IMG/VR virus record: IMGVR_UViG_3300021311_000141
Location: 1 to 64,000 of that record
Direction: 5' to 3' (one strand)
Length of the DNA stretch: 64,000 nucleotides
DNA from: a virus
Taxonomy: Duplodnaviria; Caudoviricetes
The notes beneath the pieces were generated by a model, which was not told the origin of the DNA, searched no databases, and was given only the letters and a program-made list of their open reading frames with translations. How positions within the stretch are numbered: position 1 is the stretch's first letter; each line of letters opens with the position of its first letter. This document shows, in pieces, positions 1 through 10,807 of this stretch. The position numbers and the translations under genes were made by a program.

Positions 1-930
1 ATGTGCCAGCTTTCCCCCGTCCAATTTCACGGCGACATGATTTTCTGCATTGACTATCACGGCGAGCCATTCGCGCCCGTTAAGCCTATCATTGAGAATA
101 TGGGCATGGATTGGCGGGCACAAGCCACAAAGCTACGCGCCAGCAAGGAACGTTGGGGGGTGGTGATAATCGCCACACCTTCCGAAGGTGGCGAACAGGA
201 GACAACCTGCCTGCCCGTCCGAAAACTGCCTGCCTTCCTCGCATCCATCAATCCTCGCAAGGTCAAGCCCGAACTTCGCCCGCGCATTGAGTTGTACCAG
301 CGTGAGTGCGACGACGCCCTGTGGGACTACTGGACGAAGGGCCGCGCCGAACGCCCCATTACGGCGCCGTCCACTCTGCCCTCTTCCGACGCGCCTTTGA
401 CGCCGGAGCAGCAATGCACGTTGCAGAACATCGTCAAGGCCAAGGTGGAGTCCCTGCCCGAAGCACAGCGCAAGGGGCGCGGCTTATATCCCCAAATCTG
501 GAGCCGCTTCAACAACCACTTCCGCATTGCCCGCTACTGCCAGCTTCCGCAGTGCCGTCTTGCCGAAGCTGTGGCCTATCTGGTGCGGCTGGATATTGAA
601 CCTAAGCAAAAGGCGCTGCCCCAGCCGGAAGCCTTATCGATGCCGAAGCCTGACACAAACAGAGAAAAATTTGTTCGCTTCCTCGAAAAGGTTGAAGCCC
701 TCCGCGCACAGACAGATCGCACTCTTCGGGATCTGGCAGTCGAGGGGGCTGCATTGTTGGATGACGACCGTTTCGGCACCACCAGATGGAACACCAGCTC
801 CATCATCCACGACTGGCTGTTGAATGTCGTTCCGAGGCCCTTGGAAATTCGCCCCGATTTCGAGATGGCTCGCGGATTGTTCGCCTTCCTGCACGATGTT
901 GAAAATCTCTTACCCTTGCGCTGGAGGTAG
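1..930 (+). CDS. Phage antirepressor (P22_AR N-terminal domain plus ORF6C/P22AR-C-like middle region)
   Basis: N-terminus FHGDMIFCIDYHGEPFAPVKPIIENMGMDWRAQATKL and KLPAFLASINPRKVKPELRPRIELYQRECDDALWDYW match the P22 Ant N-terminal family; LTPEQQ...IWSRFNNHFRIARYCQLP is typical of the ORF6C region. Confidence 0.85.
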   Translation: MCQLSPVQFHGDMIFCIDYHGEPFAPVKPIIENMGMDWRAQATKLRASKERWGVVIIATPSEGGEQETTCLPVRKLPAFLASINPRKVKPELRPRIELYQRECDDALWDYWTKGRAERPITAPSTLPSSDAPLTPEQQCTLQNIVKAKVESLPEAQRKGRGLYPQIWSRFNNHFRIARYCQLPQCRLAEAVAYLVRLDIEPKQKALPQPEALSMPKPDTNREKFVRFLEKVEALRAQTDRTLRDLAVEGAALLDDDRFGTTRWNTSSIIHDWLLNVVPRPLEIRPDFEMARGLFAFLHDVENLLPLRWR

Positions 931-952
931 TGCTCAAATTCAAAAAAACAGG

Positions 953-977
953 AAAGGCCGCGGGATTCGCGGCCTTT
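953..977. terminator. Intrinsic terminator-like hairpin between the convergent antirepressor and late operon
   Basis: Perfect 10-bp stem aaaggccgcg-ggatt-cgcggccttt; A-run on the left gives a U-tract on the minus strand. Confidence 0.7.
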
Positions 978-1001
978 ATGCATCATGCCGATTGGCCTGT
1001 C

Positions 1002-2006
1002 TCACAGGTTGAGTTCAAAGCCGTAGGAGGCGGTGCCATATTCCGGCTCCTGGTGGCTGGCTGCAGGCGTTGCGGGTGCGGTGGCGTCCCTGCGTCTCCC
1101 CCCAAGGGGGTACTGGGAGTAATCCACCAACGCGGCGCTTTCGAATACGGCCTGCGCGCGCGTGAAGTCGCCATTCAACATCTCGTGCATGACGTTTTCG
1201 GGGATGAAGAACGGCAGGCTGTCGGCAATCCTGCCGAGAACATGCGCGAATTTCTCCTTCTCCTCGGCCAGGGCGTTGCGCGCCGCCTCCGCCTCCGCTT
1301 TCACTGTGTCCAGATTATTCTCCAACGCCCGATGCCGGCCTTCCAGTTCGAAGTATCGGCGCTGGCTCTCGAATACGGCATCTTCCAGTTCATCCATGTG
1401 GTCATGCAGCTCCAAACGCCAGCCTGCCACAAGCTGCTCTGCCCGCTTGTCGTTTCCGACGATTGCTGCGACGCTCTCAAGCACCATGTCGCCGCGGGCT
1501 GATTCGAGCACATAGCCGCGGTTTGCGGAAAAGCCAGGCGACAACACATAATCGAAACCACTGAACCCTGTGAGCAAAGTCGGACGCTTTGTGCCGCCGT
1601 CCTTACCTGGGCAGGCCCACGAAAAGCCTCCGACTTTCGAGGCGTTGAGCCCGGAGACAATTCTCCCCGTCTCGGTATCGAGAATCTCTTGGGAATGGCT
1701 CACGGTGCCGTCTTCCGCGACATCAAATTTCGTCGTGACATTGCTTGGCACGTTGCTGACCATGGCCTGCTGGCCGTCTGGCAACGTAATCACATCCACT
1801 TCCTCGATGTCCATTTTGCGGCACAGAATCCTTCGCCCGTGTCCATAGAACCCAAGGGCTTCGCGGTTCTGTATCCTCTCCCGCGTGGCGGGCGAGTAGC
1901 AGATGCCGCGGGCATTGTCGATCATGTACTGCCGATGCCGGCCGGTGTACTTGCGCCGGGTGTCCAGCAGGGAAAAGGAGCATTTGATAAGTTCGCTCAT
2001 GGCCAT
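1002..2006 (-). CDS. pro: Prohead processing protease (P1 Pro-like)
   Basis: LGFYGHGRR, SHSQEILDTETG and GGFSWA motifs resemble P1 Pro; directly downstream of the portal as in P1 (prt-pro). Confidence 0.75.
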   Translation of the reverse strand: MAMSELIKCSFSLLDTRRKYTGRHRQYMIDNARGICYSPATRERIQNREALGFYGHGRRILCRKMDIEEVDVITLPDGQQAMVSNVPSNVTTKFDVAEDGTVSHSQEILDTETGRIVSGLNASKVGGFSWACPGKDGGTKRPTLLTGFSGFDYVLSPGFSANRGYVLESARGDMVLESVAAIVGNDKRAEQLVAGWRLELHDHMDELEDAVFESQRRYFELEGRHRALENNLDTVKAEAEAARNALAEEKEKFAHVLGRIADSLPFFIPENVMHEMLNGDFTRAQAVFESAALVDYSQYPLGGRRRDATAPATPAASHQEPEYGTASYGFELNL

Positions 2007-2012
2007 GGCCTC

Positions 2013-3716
2013 CTAAAATTCCTCACCCTCTCCACCGCCATCTCCGGCGGCGAGGGCTGCGGCAGCTTCCTCCGCTGCTTTCGCCTTTTCCTTGGGGAAT
2101 ACCCGCTCAAAGGCGTCTTCATCCAAGCGCAGCATCTTCCATACCTCGCGCGCCAACTCGCGTTTGTCCGCGATGGAAAATTCCTGATCTATCACGCCGA
2201 AAGATCCGATAATGCCGCCAATGGCGTTCGTCCGGGCCTCCAGCGATTCCTGCTCCTCACGCTCAATGGCCGTGCTGACGCTGTTGAAGCCAATTTCCCA
2301 CGGGCATTCATCTGGCAGGAAAACCTTGCCGTACTTGTAGGCGACGTGAATTTCACAGAGACGATGAATGCCGTTTTTGATGGCCTTTCGCAGCAGGTCG
2401 GCCTTTACGGCGGCCATGATGGACATGCGAAAATAGCCGCCGTCCCCAAGCCCGCCGGAAAGGAAGTCGCCAAAGCCCAGAAGTGAGGGATCAACACCTA
2501 TGGCGCCACCAAGACGCTTCACCTGGAAGAGCACGTCCTCCAAGCCATTTATGTCAGGCGAACCCTGCACAGCCTCAACCTGAATGCCGCCCTTGTCTGT
2601 GAAATTGGGCAGAATGTGGTTGACCACCGTCTGCACGGTACCATGCAGATAGGATTGCGTCTGAATATCGTTCGAGGCGTTTGTCACGCGCTCCGCAATC
2701 TGATCCAGATACCGAGCCGCGCGCTCCGGGTCGAGCTTTCCCGTGTTCACCCCAATGATGCGCTCCAGCCGGGCCGCATTGCGTCGGGACATTTTGAGGG
2801 AGCAGATGGCATCAAGCAAATCCATCCACGGCCCGTAAGCGGTGGCAATCAGCGACGTGCCGTATTCCTGCGATTCTACCAGTCCTTCAATAGCCGGGTC
2901 TTCCACGGACAGGTCAACGGGGATGCCGCCCACATTGATTGGCTCTATGTTCTCCGAATCCCACCATTCGGGAATCTCAAACCCGACAAATGTCCACGGC
3001 GGAAGAAGCCGCAACTGGCGCGCATAGGAGCTTGCTCCCTGATAGGTGGCCGTATAGCCGGCCAACCGCCCGCCCTTTTCAAATTTTTGGATGAAGCGCG
3101 GATGGGTATGGAAATCGCATCGCACACTCTGGATGCCCACGCCCTGCTTGCCATAGACGCGCCCGAAGCATGAGCCGTACACGGCCGCCTTCCTGGCCCA
3201 TTCGTTCGCATCCTTTTTGATGATGGGCATGAGTGTGGCGCGCAGGTCATCAACAATCTTGTTCGGCTTGCCGTCAGCGTCGGCCGGCTTGATATACACG
3301 CTTTCAACCGTGTCCGACTTGGAACTCAATGCATTCGAGATGTGCATCTTGATGGCCGAATCAATGGTGGGATCTTTCGCCATGAGGCGCAGCACTGCGT
3401 ATCGGGCAGACCGCTCCTCCGGCAGGACATGCTTCAGGGGAACTTCATCCCCGCCGGAAGCGACACCCAAAAGGCTTGCCCAGGCATTTTCGACCGTATT
3501 CGCACCTGCACCGCCTGCGAAATACGCGGCGCCGGTGGCGGGCAGTCCGACCATGACGGCTTCACGTTGCCCCACGCTGGCCCAGCCGGGGTACATCGCC
3601 TCAAGCGACGTATTACCCGTATCGCTGGCGGTCACAATGCTTGCGGGAGACGGGATGCCGAACAGAACACCATCGACACGCTGCCTCTCCTGTCGCGTCC
3701 TCTTGTTTGTGCGCAT
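2013..3716 (-). CDS. prt: Portal protein (P1 Prt / T4 gp20-like)
   Basis: 567 aa; MAKDPTIDSAIKMHISNALS, RRNAARLERIIGVN and LGGAIGVDPSLLGFGD motifs; ulx-prt-pro order as in P1. Confidence 0.8.
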   Translation of the reverse strand: MRTNKRTRQERQRVDGVLFGIPSPASIVTASDTGNTSLEAMYPGWASVGQREAVMVGLPATGAAYFAGGAGANTVENAWASLLGVASGGDEVPLKHVLPEERSARYAVLRLMAKDPTIDSAIKMHISNALSSKSDTVESVYIKPADADGKPNKIVDDLRATLMPIIKKDANEWARKAAVYGSCFGRVYGKQGVGIQSVRCDFHTHPRFIQKFEKGGRLAGYTATYQGASSYARQLRLLPPWTFVGFEIPEWWDSENIEPINVGGIPVDLSVEDPAIEGLVESQEYGTSLIATAYGPWMDLLDAICSLKMSRRNAARLERIIGVNTGKLDPERAARYLDQIAERVTNASNDIQTQSYLHGTVQTVVNHILPNFTDKGGIQVEAVQGSPDINGLEDVLFQVKRLGGAIGVDPSLLGFGDFLSGGLGDGGYFRMSIMAAVKADLLRKAIKNGIHRLCEIHVAYKYGKVFLPDECPWEIGFNSVSTAIEREEQESLEARTNAIGGIIGSFGVIDQEFSIADKRELAREVWKMLRLDEDAFERVFPKEKAKAAEEAAAALAAGDGGGEGEEF

Positions 3717-3721
3717 GGCTG

Positions 3722-4162
3722 CTACCCGATTGCCAGAGATTCGACCTCGTCATCGACAAGGGTGTATTCACGGTCGTCTGCCTCTCCGTCATCCTCGGAT
3801 TCCGGCACAAAGGTGATCACATGGTGGTTGGAATACATCAGCCCACCATCCATGGCCACCTCCCCATAGACCCAGCAGGCCAACAGATTCCAGACGGGGT
3901 TGCCATAGTCCACATATTCCAGCCATTCCGCGTCCAGACTGTCGCCAAACTCCGTATGGCCGCGGTCTATGAGGATGCGCTTGAGCGTCCACCAGTAGGG
4001 GCCATAAGCACGGTATCTGCGCGGGTCATTACGGATAAGCCCGGCGATAGTGTCGGACATTTTCTGCAACCATTCAGCCTCGGAGACCTGACCGTTCTTT
4101 GTGGCCTCGTCCTTCAGGGGTGCAAGCTCTTCAATGCTCGGCTTGTAAAATATCAGCGACAT
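3722..4162 (-). CDS. ulx: Ulx-like protein (aids DarB incorporation into the capsid in P1)
   Basis: 146 aa; PRRYRAYGPYWWTLKRILIDRG resembles P1 Ulx as recalled; lies between darB and the portal as in P1. Confidence 0.7.
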   Translation of the reverse strand: MSLIFYKPSIEELAPLKDEATKNGQVSEAEWLQKMSDTIAGLIRNDPRRYRAYGPYWWTLKRILIDRGHTEFGDSLDAEWLEYVDYGNPVWNLLACWVYGEVAMDGGLMYSNHHVITFVPESEDDGEADDREYTLVDDEVESLAIG

Positions 4163-4174
4163 GGTTCTTCTCCG

Positions 4175-7100
4175 TTATGCCAGTAATTCGTACAGGTCGT
4201 TGAGGTTAACGCTGGCCTGGACATGCCACCACGCACCGCCATGCTCACTCCATGCCTTGGTGAATTGTGCTCCGTAGCGGCTCTTGAGTATTTCTTTCAT
4301 CCTATAGAGACTTCCGCCCATGCCCCTGCTGTCATACATAAAGAGGCGAGAGAAAGCAGGAATAGTTTGCGCTCTGTTGCGGAAGGATAGCGTTGTGTCA
4401 GTTGTATTATACAGAATATCAATGCCGAGCGCACGGAATTTATCGCGCATGTCGCTGGGCACTTCCTTGAAATCCGGGTGGTTGCGCAGAGCCTCATCTG
4501 CCTTGCGCTTGGCCTCCTGCAAGGCCTCTTCATTTCGGCGGATGGCTTCGTCGCGCTTTTCGTCAAGGAAGGGAGGCACAAGCCCGTTGAACATGTCAAT
4601 GTTGTCATAGCCGTGTTCACCAATAGCCCGCACCAGCTCGTCATTGAATGTGCGGTACACGTCATTCCAGAAGTCCACGAAGAATGAAGGCGGTCTGTCA
4701 TTGAACCGCGCCGTGCTGCTGACCCACGCCTGGGCAAGAACTTCGCGCGCTTCGGTTTCCGTGGCATTGTTTCCGTAAGAGGCAGCCTCTTCCTCAAAGT
4801 CCCTGCCAAAAAGAGTCTCCATCACCACATCCACGGAATAACGTGGAAGTCCGTTACGCCTGGCCTTCAAGTATGCCTGCATGGCTTGCTTGCGGAAGTC
4901 CGCGTCCTGCGGCTCCGGCCACACCAGATGCATATTCTCCGGCACGTCGCGGGTGACAAGCAGCATTGCCCCACTGCGATCCTGCACAAATGCACCGCCC
5001 ACGGTGTTGATGGATGCGTTTTCCCGGTTTTCCTCGAATTGCTGCCGGGTGAGCCCGGATGTCGCCAGCTTATGATACGGCATATTGCCGGTCAGAAGGC
5101 GTTTCAGAGCAATTTCGCTGGCCGAATAACTGACCTTCTTGGCGTAGCTGGACAGCTTCACGGTGTCGATGGTTTGTCTGTCGTCACGCATGACGCCTTC
5201 CAGTTCCAGCATGCGCGTATCCTGCCGGACGCCGGTGATGCGGTACACGCCGACCGGGCGGCGGTGATAGGCGTAGGGGTTGTCGTTGTCTTCGGGAAAT
5301 TCCAGAAATTCCCCGACGGCGTACATTCCGCTGTCGAGAGTGACAAGGCAGTTTTCCGGGTGGTCTATCAGAGCCGCGTCAAAAGGCAGATCGCCCTGCT
5401 TTTCAGCCTGCCGGAGGATGCCGGTGATCATTTTGCGCTGCGCCTCGCTCTTCTGCCGCTCGGTGTCATACTTGGCATTGATGCCCGCAGCTTTGGCCTT
5501 GAGCTTTTCGAGGGTCTGCCTGGCCTTTTTGAGGGCCGATTCTTCCATGCCCTGGGCCTCGTAACGACGCACACGGGCTTCCTGATTCTGCACCTCTGCG
5601 TCTGCGGCATTCTGGGCGCGCTGACGCCGCTCATCGAGCGTGGAAAGTGCCGTTTGAATGGATGCCAGTTGGCGCAAGCGGTTGACAAGCAAATCCCGCG
5701 CGGCGTTCGCCCGGCGCTTTTCCTCTTCGGCCTTGTGAGCACGGTATTCGTCAAGCGTCCCGGTGAGCACGGCAAGCATCTCTTCGTTGGTGGACACGTC
5801 AGCGTTTTCGGCACGGGCATCCTTGCCGGTGAGCAACGCTCCGATCCAGCCTGCCTTTGCCTGCAGAAGCTGTTTCCGGTAGGCGTCAAACGTGCCCTTG
5901 CCCTCGTAGTAGTACACGTCCACAGACTCAACCGTATTGCCCTGGCGAACGCCGCGACCGTTCCGCTGGTCAATGCTGGCCGGCGTCCACGGCAGGGTCA
6001 GGTGGTGGATGGCTGTGGTGCCCTTCTGCAGGTTAACGCCCACCTCCGCCTTTTTATTGGCGATGACGATTTTGACCGAGCCGGAATTGTAGGCCTTCGA
6101 GATTTTGTCCAGCTTGTCGCCGGAGGCATCCTCCGCATTGATGATGGCAACCTGTGCGTCAACAATGGGGAGGTTATGCACCAGAATGCGCTTGAGTTTC
6201 TGGTGCTGTGACTTTTCTTCGGTGAAAACGATCTGCTTGCCACCGACATCCAGATGCTTTTTCAGGTTCTCAATGAGCTTGGCATACTTCGGTGTGAGGG
6301 GGTGCGTTGTCTCGCTCTCGTCAATACCGAACTCGCGCAGGGCGCGCAGCACGGCTTCCTCATGCTGCTCATGCACAATGAGCGAGAACGTGCCGGCGCC
6401 GTTATCCACAAGTTGCGGCTCAAAGTCATAGGTCACGGGGTACTTTTCGCCCGTGTCCTCGTCCGTTTCCTGCACCGTGAACTGCGTGGGAAGTTTCGGC
6501 ACAAAGGCCTGCATCTTGTCCTTATGCACATCGGAGAAAACAAACGTCATCTGACGCTTGAAAAGATCCATGTCCGTGGTGCAACGATCCATGTTCCGCA
6601 TGATGGAGAAGATGCTCGCCTCCCCCTTTTTCCCCGTGCGCGTCTTGGTGGCGGCCGCAGCCTGCTTGCGCAACCCCTCGTAGGCCTCTGCCTGCTCGGT
6701 CGTCATCTCCACCTGCTCTTCCACGTCAACCGCGCTGGGAACATGGATTTCGTCATCCACATCCTTGACTGTCTTGATGTTGACGTACTTGCTGAACATG
6801 CCGCGCAGGCCGGAAAGATTCTTGAAACCTACCAGGGTATCAGACCACTTTATCTCGGTGGATACCGTAGCGCGCGGCTTCTGCTGGATGTCGCCGAAGA
6901 AGCGCACAAAGTCATCCACAGTGTAGATGTTCTTTGCCTCAAACTCCTCCTTGGGGCAGACAAGATTGAGCATGTTGAATATCTCAATGGGGCTGTTTGT
7001 CACAGGCGTTGCTGTGAGGCCGTACACGCCGCGCCCTCCGTTTTTGCGCCGCAGCCAGGCTGTCTTGATTGACATGTCGATGGCGATATTGGAGGGGACA

Positions 7101-10100
7101 GGATTGGGCACATAGGTAATCCCCTGTGTGCGTTTGCCGCCCTTCAGGGAGTTCTTGAAGAAATGGCTTTCATCCGTGATGATGGAATCGAAGCCCATGT
7201 CTTCAAGATACGGCAACTCGCCCTTCTTGGCGGAACCGGCATTGCTGTACTCCCCTTCCAGCCGGATTTGTTTCACGTCATCTTGATAGGAGCGGCGCTT
7301 TTTGGCGCCCTTGCTTTCCAGCGCGTCAGCCTCTTTTTCACTCATCAGGTGGCGGGACACCATTTCGTTGGTGTACTCGCGCATGGTTTCGGGCTTGATG
7401 GGGATGCTCTCAAACTTCTCCTTGGTCATAACGACAAGGGAATAGTTGGACTGCGGAATTTTCCACATGGCCTCATAGACATCTTCCTTGCCCTTGGCGA
7501 AGCGCACCACATCCTGCATGATGGGCTGTCCGTCCTTGCCGGTCTTGGGCTGGCCGTTTTCGTCCAGAATGGCGCGTCGCTCCACATTGCCGTTCTTGTC
7601 TATGACGGGCTCAAGGCCCACAAAAAGCACGTTGGAGCGCATGTAGCCTTCGTTATAGAAAACGCGCGCCTCGTGATACCAATTTTCCAGAACGGAGGAA
7701 GGTACCACGATGCAGGTGCGCTTGGCGCGCCCGTGCTTGAAATTGTAGCCGGCCATGGCCAGGGCCGTGAAGGACTTGCCCAGCCCCGTGCCGAAACCGC
7801 AGATGCCGGCACCCTGTTCGGACAGGCGGCGCACCTCGGCACACTGGTAGGTATGCGGCGTGATGTTGCCGGATACGATGTCGTCAATATCCAGCGGGCC
7901 GGTATCATACTCCACCGGCACCCAACCGTTGAATTTCAGGTTGTACTGCTCGGTAAGCTCATCAATGTCGAGGTGCTGCTTCATCCAGGCGTCAAATGCG
8001 CCCTCAATGCGCCGGGCTTCGTCCTTGTACTCGGCAATGCGCTCCTGCTCATTGGAGGTGATGTTTTCGCCGTTCAGGTATTTTTCGAACTGGGCGACAA
8101 ACTTCTCCGGCTTTCTGTGCCAACTGCCTACGCCATAAATGAAGAACTTGCCATCCTGGGACTGCAAATCTTCGACAAACTGCTCTTTCTTTGTGACGGT
8201 GCCGTCGTCCTCCTGATAGTCCACTTCCCGATATTCACCGAATACGGCGTTTGGGTAGCCGTTGTCGTGGAGGAAGTCGAGGATATACTGCTTGCTGAAC
8301 CACTTGTTCTGCAGTCCGAACGTGATGTCTTCCGTTCCCACGCGCTGAATCTTGCGATTCATCTCGTCAATCTGTTTACGGAACTGCGTCTTGAGGCGCG
8401 CATCGTCCGTCTGGGCGATGGCTTCGGTAAGAGATGCCATTTTGCCAACCACATCGCCTGCACAATACAGGCTCGCGGGCTGCAACATTCCCTCGGCGGT
8501 GATGGACACTCCCTCTATGCCTGCAAGGTCGCCCAGATTTCCTATTGTGGCCGTGCCCTTGTAAAGGGCCTGCACGTCTTCCAATTCAACCTGATCGCCC
8601 TTGCTGCGTTGCAAATAACTCACAATGTCGGCCACATTGTCTTCCACATAACCCCTGGCGCTTGTTTTATCCAGCTTGCCGGCCAGCAGATCCGAGAAGT
8701 TGCCCTTGGTGTCCACGGCGTTCATAAACACGCCAAAGGCGCGCGAAGACGTGCCGGTGAGTGACAGCTTGGGGTTATTGGCCGGATGGCCGAACCGCTC
8801 AATTTCGCTGGTGATGGCTTCCTGCAGGGCCTTCCGTCGAGCGTCAACGTCTTCGCCGCCCTGTTCATCCGCGCCCAGCTTCACCAGCATGGCGCCAAGA
8901 ATGGAGCCGCGGTAGGCCTGCTCGCGCATATCGTCGCGTGACTGGGACATGGCAAATTCGACGGCGTTTTTCTGCTGCTGGCTCAACAATTCAGGGTAGG
9001 CCTTGAAGGCGGCAAAGGCATTGTCCAGAGAGAGACGCAGCGCGCCGGCGGGATCATTGAGCAGTGCGCCCAGCTCTTCCACGCTGGAAACGCCGAACTT
9101 GGCAGGGTCGATGTCTGTAACCTTGGAAACAGTTTCGACTTTCACCCATTCGCCATTGCGGAGCTCGTAGGCTTCCCCGTCAATGGAGCGTCGGTCGCCC
9201 TCTTGGTATGCCCGAAGGATAGGTTCTGCCGCATTCAGGATGTCCCAGTTGATGCGGCTCTGAAACCTGCGGGCCAGGTTGCGCTTGAGGCTCATGTCGT
9301 CGATGTCGCCATCCACAATTTCACGGCTGAAACGGTCGCCCGGAACCCTTGGCACATAGCGCCCCATGATGAACTTGCGCCCCTCACCCTGCCAGTATTT
9401 CCCGCTGATGAACTCCTCCCAGACCACATTGGCTTCCTTGAGCGTATCCAAAGGAATTTCATCGGCCTTCAAGCGGTTGAGCAGATCACGCCCATGCTTG
9501 CGCAGCACAACCACATCTACAACGGTGTTTGTGCCTTGGGCAGCAAATGTTTTGGAGGGGAGCTTATGCGCCCCCAGAAATTCAGCCTTTTTGGAAAGGG
9601 CAATGCGGAACTGCGACCATTTGCCCCCGCGTGCGCCAACAATGTTCACCGGGCAGACGAAAACGGCGAGGCCTCCGGGGCGAATCTTGTCGAGCGCACG
9701 CAAAAGGAAATAGCGTTCGATGCTCTTCTCGTTCTTGTAGGCCGGATCCAGGTGCATGGATGCGCCGCGGGCGTTGCCGAAAGGCACATTGCCGATAGCG
9801 GAATCAAACGTGTCGTCTTCCGTGTTCATAACCACGTCTTCAAACGAACGTGTGGAAATGGCGTCACCGGGGTTCAGCAACGCGGCGACGCCGGAGCCCA
9901 CGGGATCAATATCGTTGCCGGAAACGACAACCCCGGCGGGCTTTGTGCCGGAAAAAATGCCAGCGCCGCAGCACGGGTCAAGCACGTTGCCGTTCACAAA
10001 CCCGTTGGCCTTCATGGCGTCCCATGCCCCTTCTGCCACATGCTTGGGGGTGTAGTATTCATATTGCGAGTTGTCGGATGTGCCGCCCCGCCCGCTGTAC

Positions 10101-10807
10101 TGGCGCAGCACCTCCTTATCCGCCTCTGTCAACGCCGCAGGGTCGCCATTCACGCGCTCCAGGATGTCGCGGCACTGCGCGTTGATGCGTTCGCGGGCCT
10201 TCACGCCGCGAACCTTCAGGCCATAATCCGAATTTTCATCCTTGTATTCGTCGGCCTGGGGTGGGAGCACGGCCCCAAAGGCGCGGAGCAGGATGTTTTT
10301 CAACTCCGAGAATGTGGAGGCGGCGCGGACTTCGCTTTCGATATTCGGCGTGGAGGTTCGTTCCAGAATCCCGTGCATGGATGATTCTCCCTGTATATTC
10401 TTGAGTGCAGCCGTTGCGCTTTCGTAACTGTCCAGGCCGGGCTCAACGATATCCCCGCCTTCGGGCCCCTGCGGAACTTCCCCGTCAACGGCAAACCCGT
10501 ACTGCCAGCCCCTTGATAATGCTTCATAGAGCTGGCGGGGTGAAAAACGCGATCCGTCAATGGGCTTTCCGCGCATGTCGAGGCTTTCGCTCAACCAGTC
10601 GATAAAAAACTGATATAGGGCGTCTTCGCCGCCTTTGGACACATAGGGCTCGCTGTCAGGGATTTCGTCCCATGCCTCGACTTCCATGAGAAGGACGGCG
10701 GTGCCGCTTGTGAAGGCGTCGATGCCTTGAGCATCCCATTGGAGCACGGGCGTATCGACACCCCTGCAGCCCTCTCGCATCCCAATGCGAAACTCGTATG
10801 TCTTCAT
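4175..10807 (-). CDS. darB: DarB-like giant anti-restriction protein: N6-adenine methyltransferase plus SNF2-type helicase
   Basis: 2210 aa; MTase motif I VLDPCCGAGIF and motif IV-like AIGNVPFG; helicase Walker A GFGTGLGKS, Walker B ITDESH, GLTATP, and GVNLQ/QRNGRGVRQGN motifs. Confidence 0.9.
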   Translation of the reverse strand: MKTYEFRIGMREGCRGVDTPVLQWDAQGIDAFTSGTAVLLMEVEAWDEIPDSEPYVSKGGEDALYQFFIDWLSESLDMRGKPIDGSRFSPRQLYEALSRGWQYGFAVDGEVPQGPEGGDIVEPGLDSYESATAALKNIQGESSMHGILERTSTPNIESEVRAASTFSELKNILLRAFGAVLPPQADEYKDENSDYGLKVRGVKARERINAQCRDILERVNGDPAALTEADKEVLRQYSGRGGTSDNSQYEYYTPKHVAEGAWDAMKANGFVNGNVLDPCCGAGIFSGTKPAGVVVSGNDIDPVGSGVAALLNPGDAISTRSFEDVVMNTEDDTFDSAIGNVPFGNARGASMHLDPAYKNEKSIERYFLLRALDKIRPGGLAVFVCPVNIVGARGGKWSQFRIALSKKAEFLGAHKLPSKTFAAQGTNTVVDVVVLRKHGRDLLNRLKADEIPLDTLKEANVVWEEFISGKYWQGEGRKFIMGRYVPRVPGDRFSREIVDGDIDDMSLKRNLARRFQSRINWDILNAAEPILRAYQEGDRRSIDGEAYELRNGEWVKVETVSKVTDIDPAKFGVSSVEELGALLNDPAGALRLSLDNAFAAFKAYPELLSQQQKNAVEFAMSQSRDDMREQAYRGSILGAMLVKLGADEQGGEDVDARRKALQEAITSEIERFGHPANNPKLSLTGTSSRAFGVFMNAVDTKGNFSDLLAGKLDKTSARGYVEDNVADIVSYLQRSKGDQVELEDVQALYKGTATIGNLGDLAGIEGVSITAEGMLQPASLYCAGDVVGKMASLTEAIAQTDDARLKTQFRKQIDEMNRKIQRVGTEDITFGLQNKWFSKQYILDFLHDNGYPNAVFGEYREVDYQEDDGTVTKKEQFVEDLQSQDGKFFIYGVGSWHRKPEKFVAQFEKYLNGENITSNEQERIAEYKDEARRIEGAFDAWMKQHLDIDELTEQYNLKFNGWVPVEYDTGPLDIDDIVSGNITPHTYQCAEVRRLSEQGAGICGFGTGLGKSFTALAMAGYNFKHGRAKRTCIVVPSSVLENWYHEARVFYNEGYMRSNVLFVGLEPVIDKNGNVERRAILDENGQPKTGKDGQPIMQDVVRFAKGKEDVYEAMWKIPQSNYSLVVMTKEKFESIPIKPETMREYTNEMVSRHLMSEKEADALESKGAKKRRSYQDDVKQIRLEGEYSNAGSAKKGELPYLEDMGFDSIITDESHFFKNSLKGGKRTQGITYVPNPVPSNIAIDMSIKTAWLRRKNGGRGVYGLTATPVTNSPIEIFNMLNLVCPKEEFEAKNIYTVDDFVRFFGDIQQKPRATVSTEIKWSDTLVGFKNLSGLRGMFSKYVNIKTVKDVDDEIHVPSAVDVEEQVEMTTEQAEAYEGLRKQAAAATKTRTGKKGEASIFSIMRNMDRCTTDMDLFKRQMTFVFSDVHKDKMQAFVPKLPTQFTVQETDEDTGEKYPVTYDFEPQLVDNGAGTFSLIVHEQHEEAVLRALREFGIDESETTHPLTPKYAKLIENLKKHLDVGGKQIVFTEEKSQHQKLKRILVHNLPIVDAQVAIINAEDASGDKLDKISKAYNSGSVKIVIANKKAEVGVNLQKGTTAIHHLTLPWTPASIDQRNGRGVRQGNTVESVDVYYYEGKGTFDAYRKQLLQAKAGWIGALLTGKDARAENADVSTNEEMLAVLTGTLDEYRAHKAEEEKRRANAARDLLVNRLRQLASIQTALSTLDERRQRAQNAADAEVQNQEARVRRYEAQGMEESALKKARQTLEKLKAKAAGINAKYDTERQKSEAQRKMITGILRQAEKQGDLPFDAALIDHPENCLVTLDSGMYAVGEFLEFPEDNDNPYAYHRRPVGVYRITGVRQDTRMLELEGVMRDDRQTIDTVKLSSYAKKVSYSASEIALKRLLTGNMPYHKLATSGLTRQQFEENRENASINTVGGAFVQDRSGAMLLVTRDVPENMHLVWPEPQDADFRKQAMQAYLKARRNGLPRYSVDVVMETLFGRDFEEEAASYGNNATETEAREVLAQAWVSSTARFNDRPPSFFVDFWNDVYRTFNDELVRAIGEHGYDNIDMFNGLVPPFLDEKRDEAIRRNEEALQEAKRKADEALRNHPDFKEVPSDMRDKFRALGIDILYNTTDTTLSFRNRAQTIPAFSRLFMYDSRGMGGSLYRMKEILKSRYGAQFTKAWSEHGGAWWHVQASVNLNDLYELLA

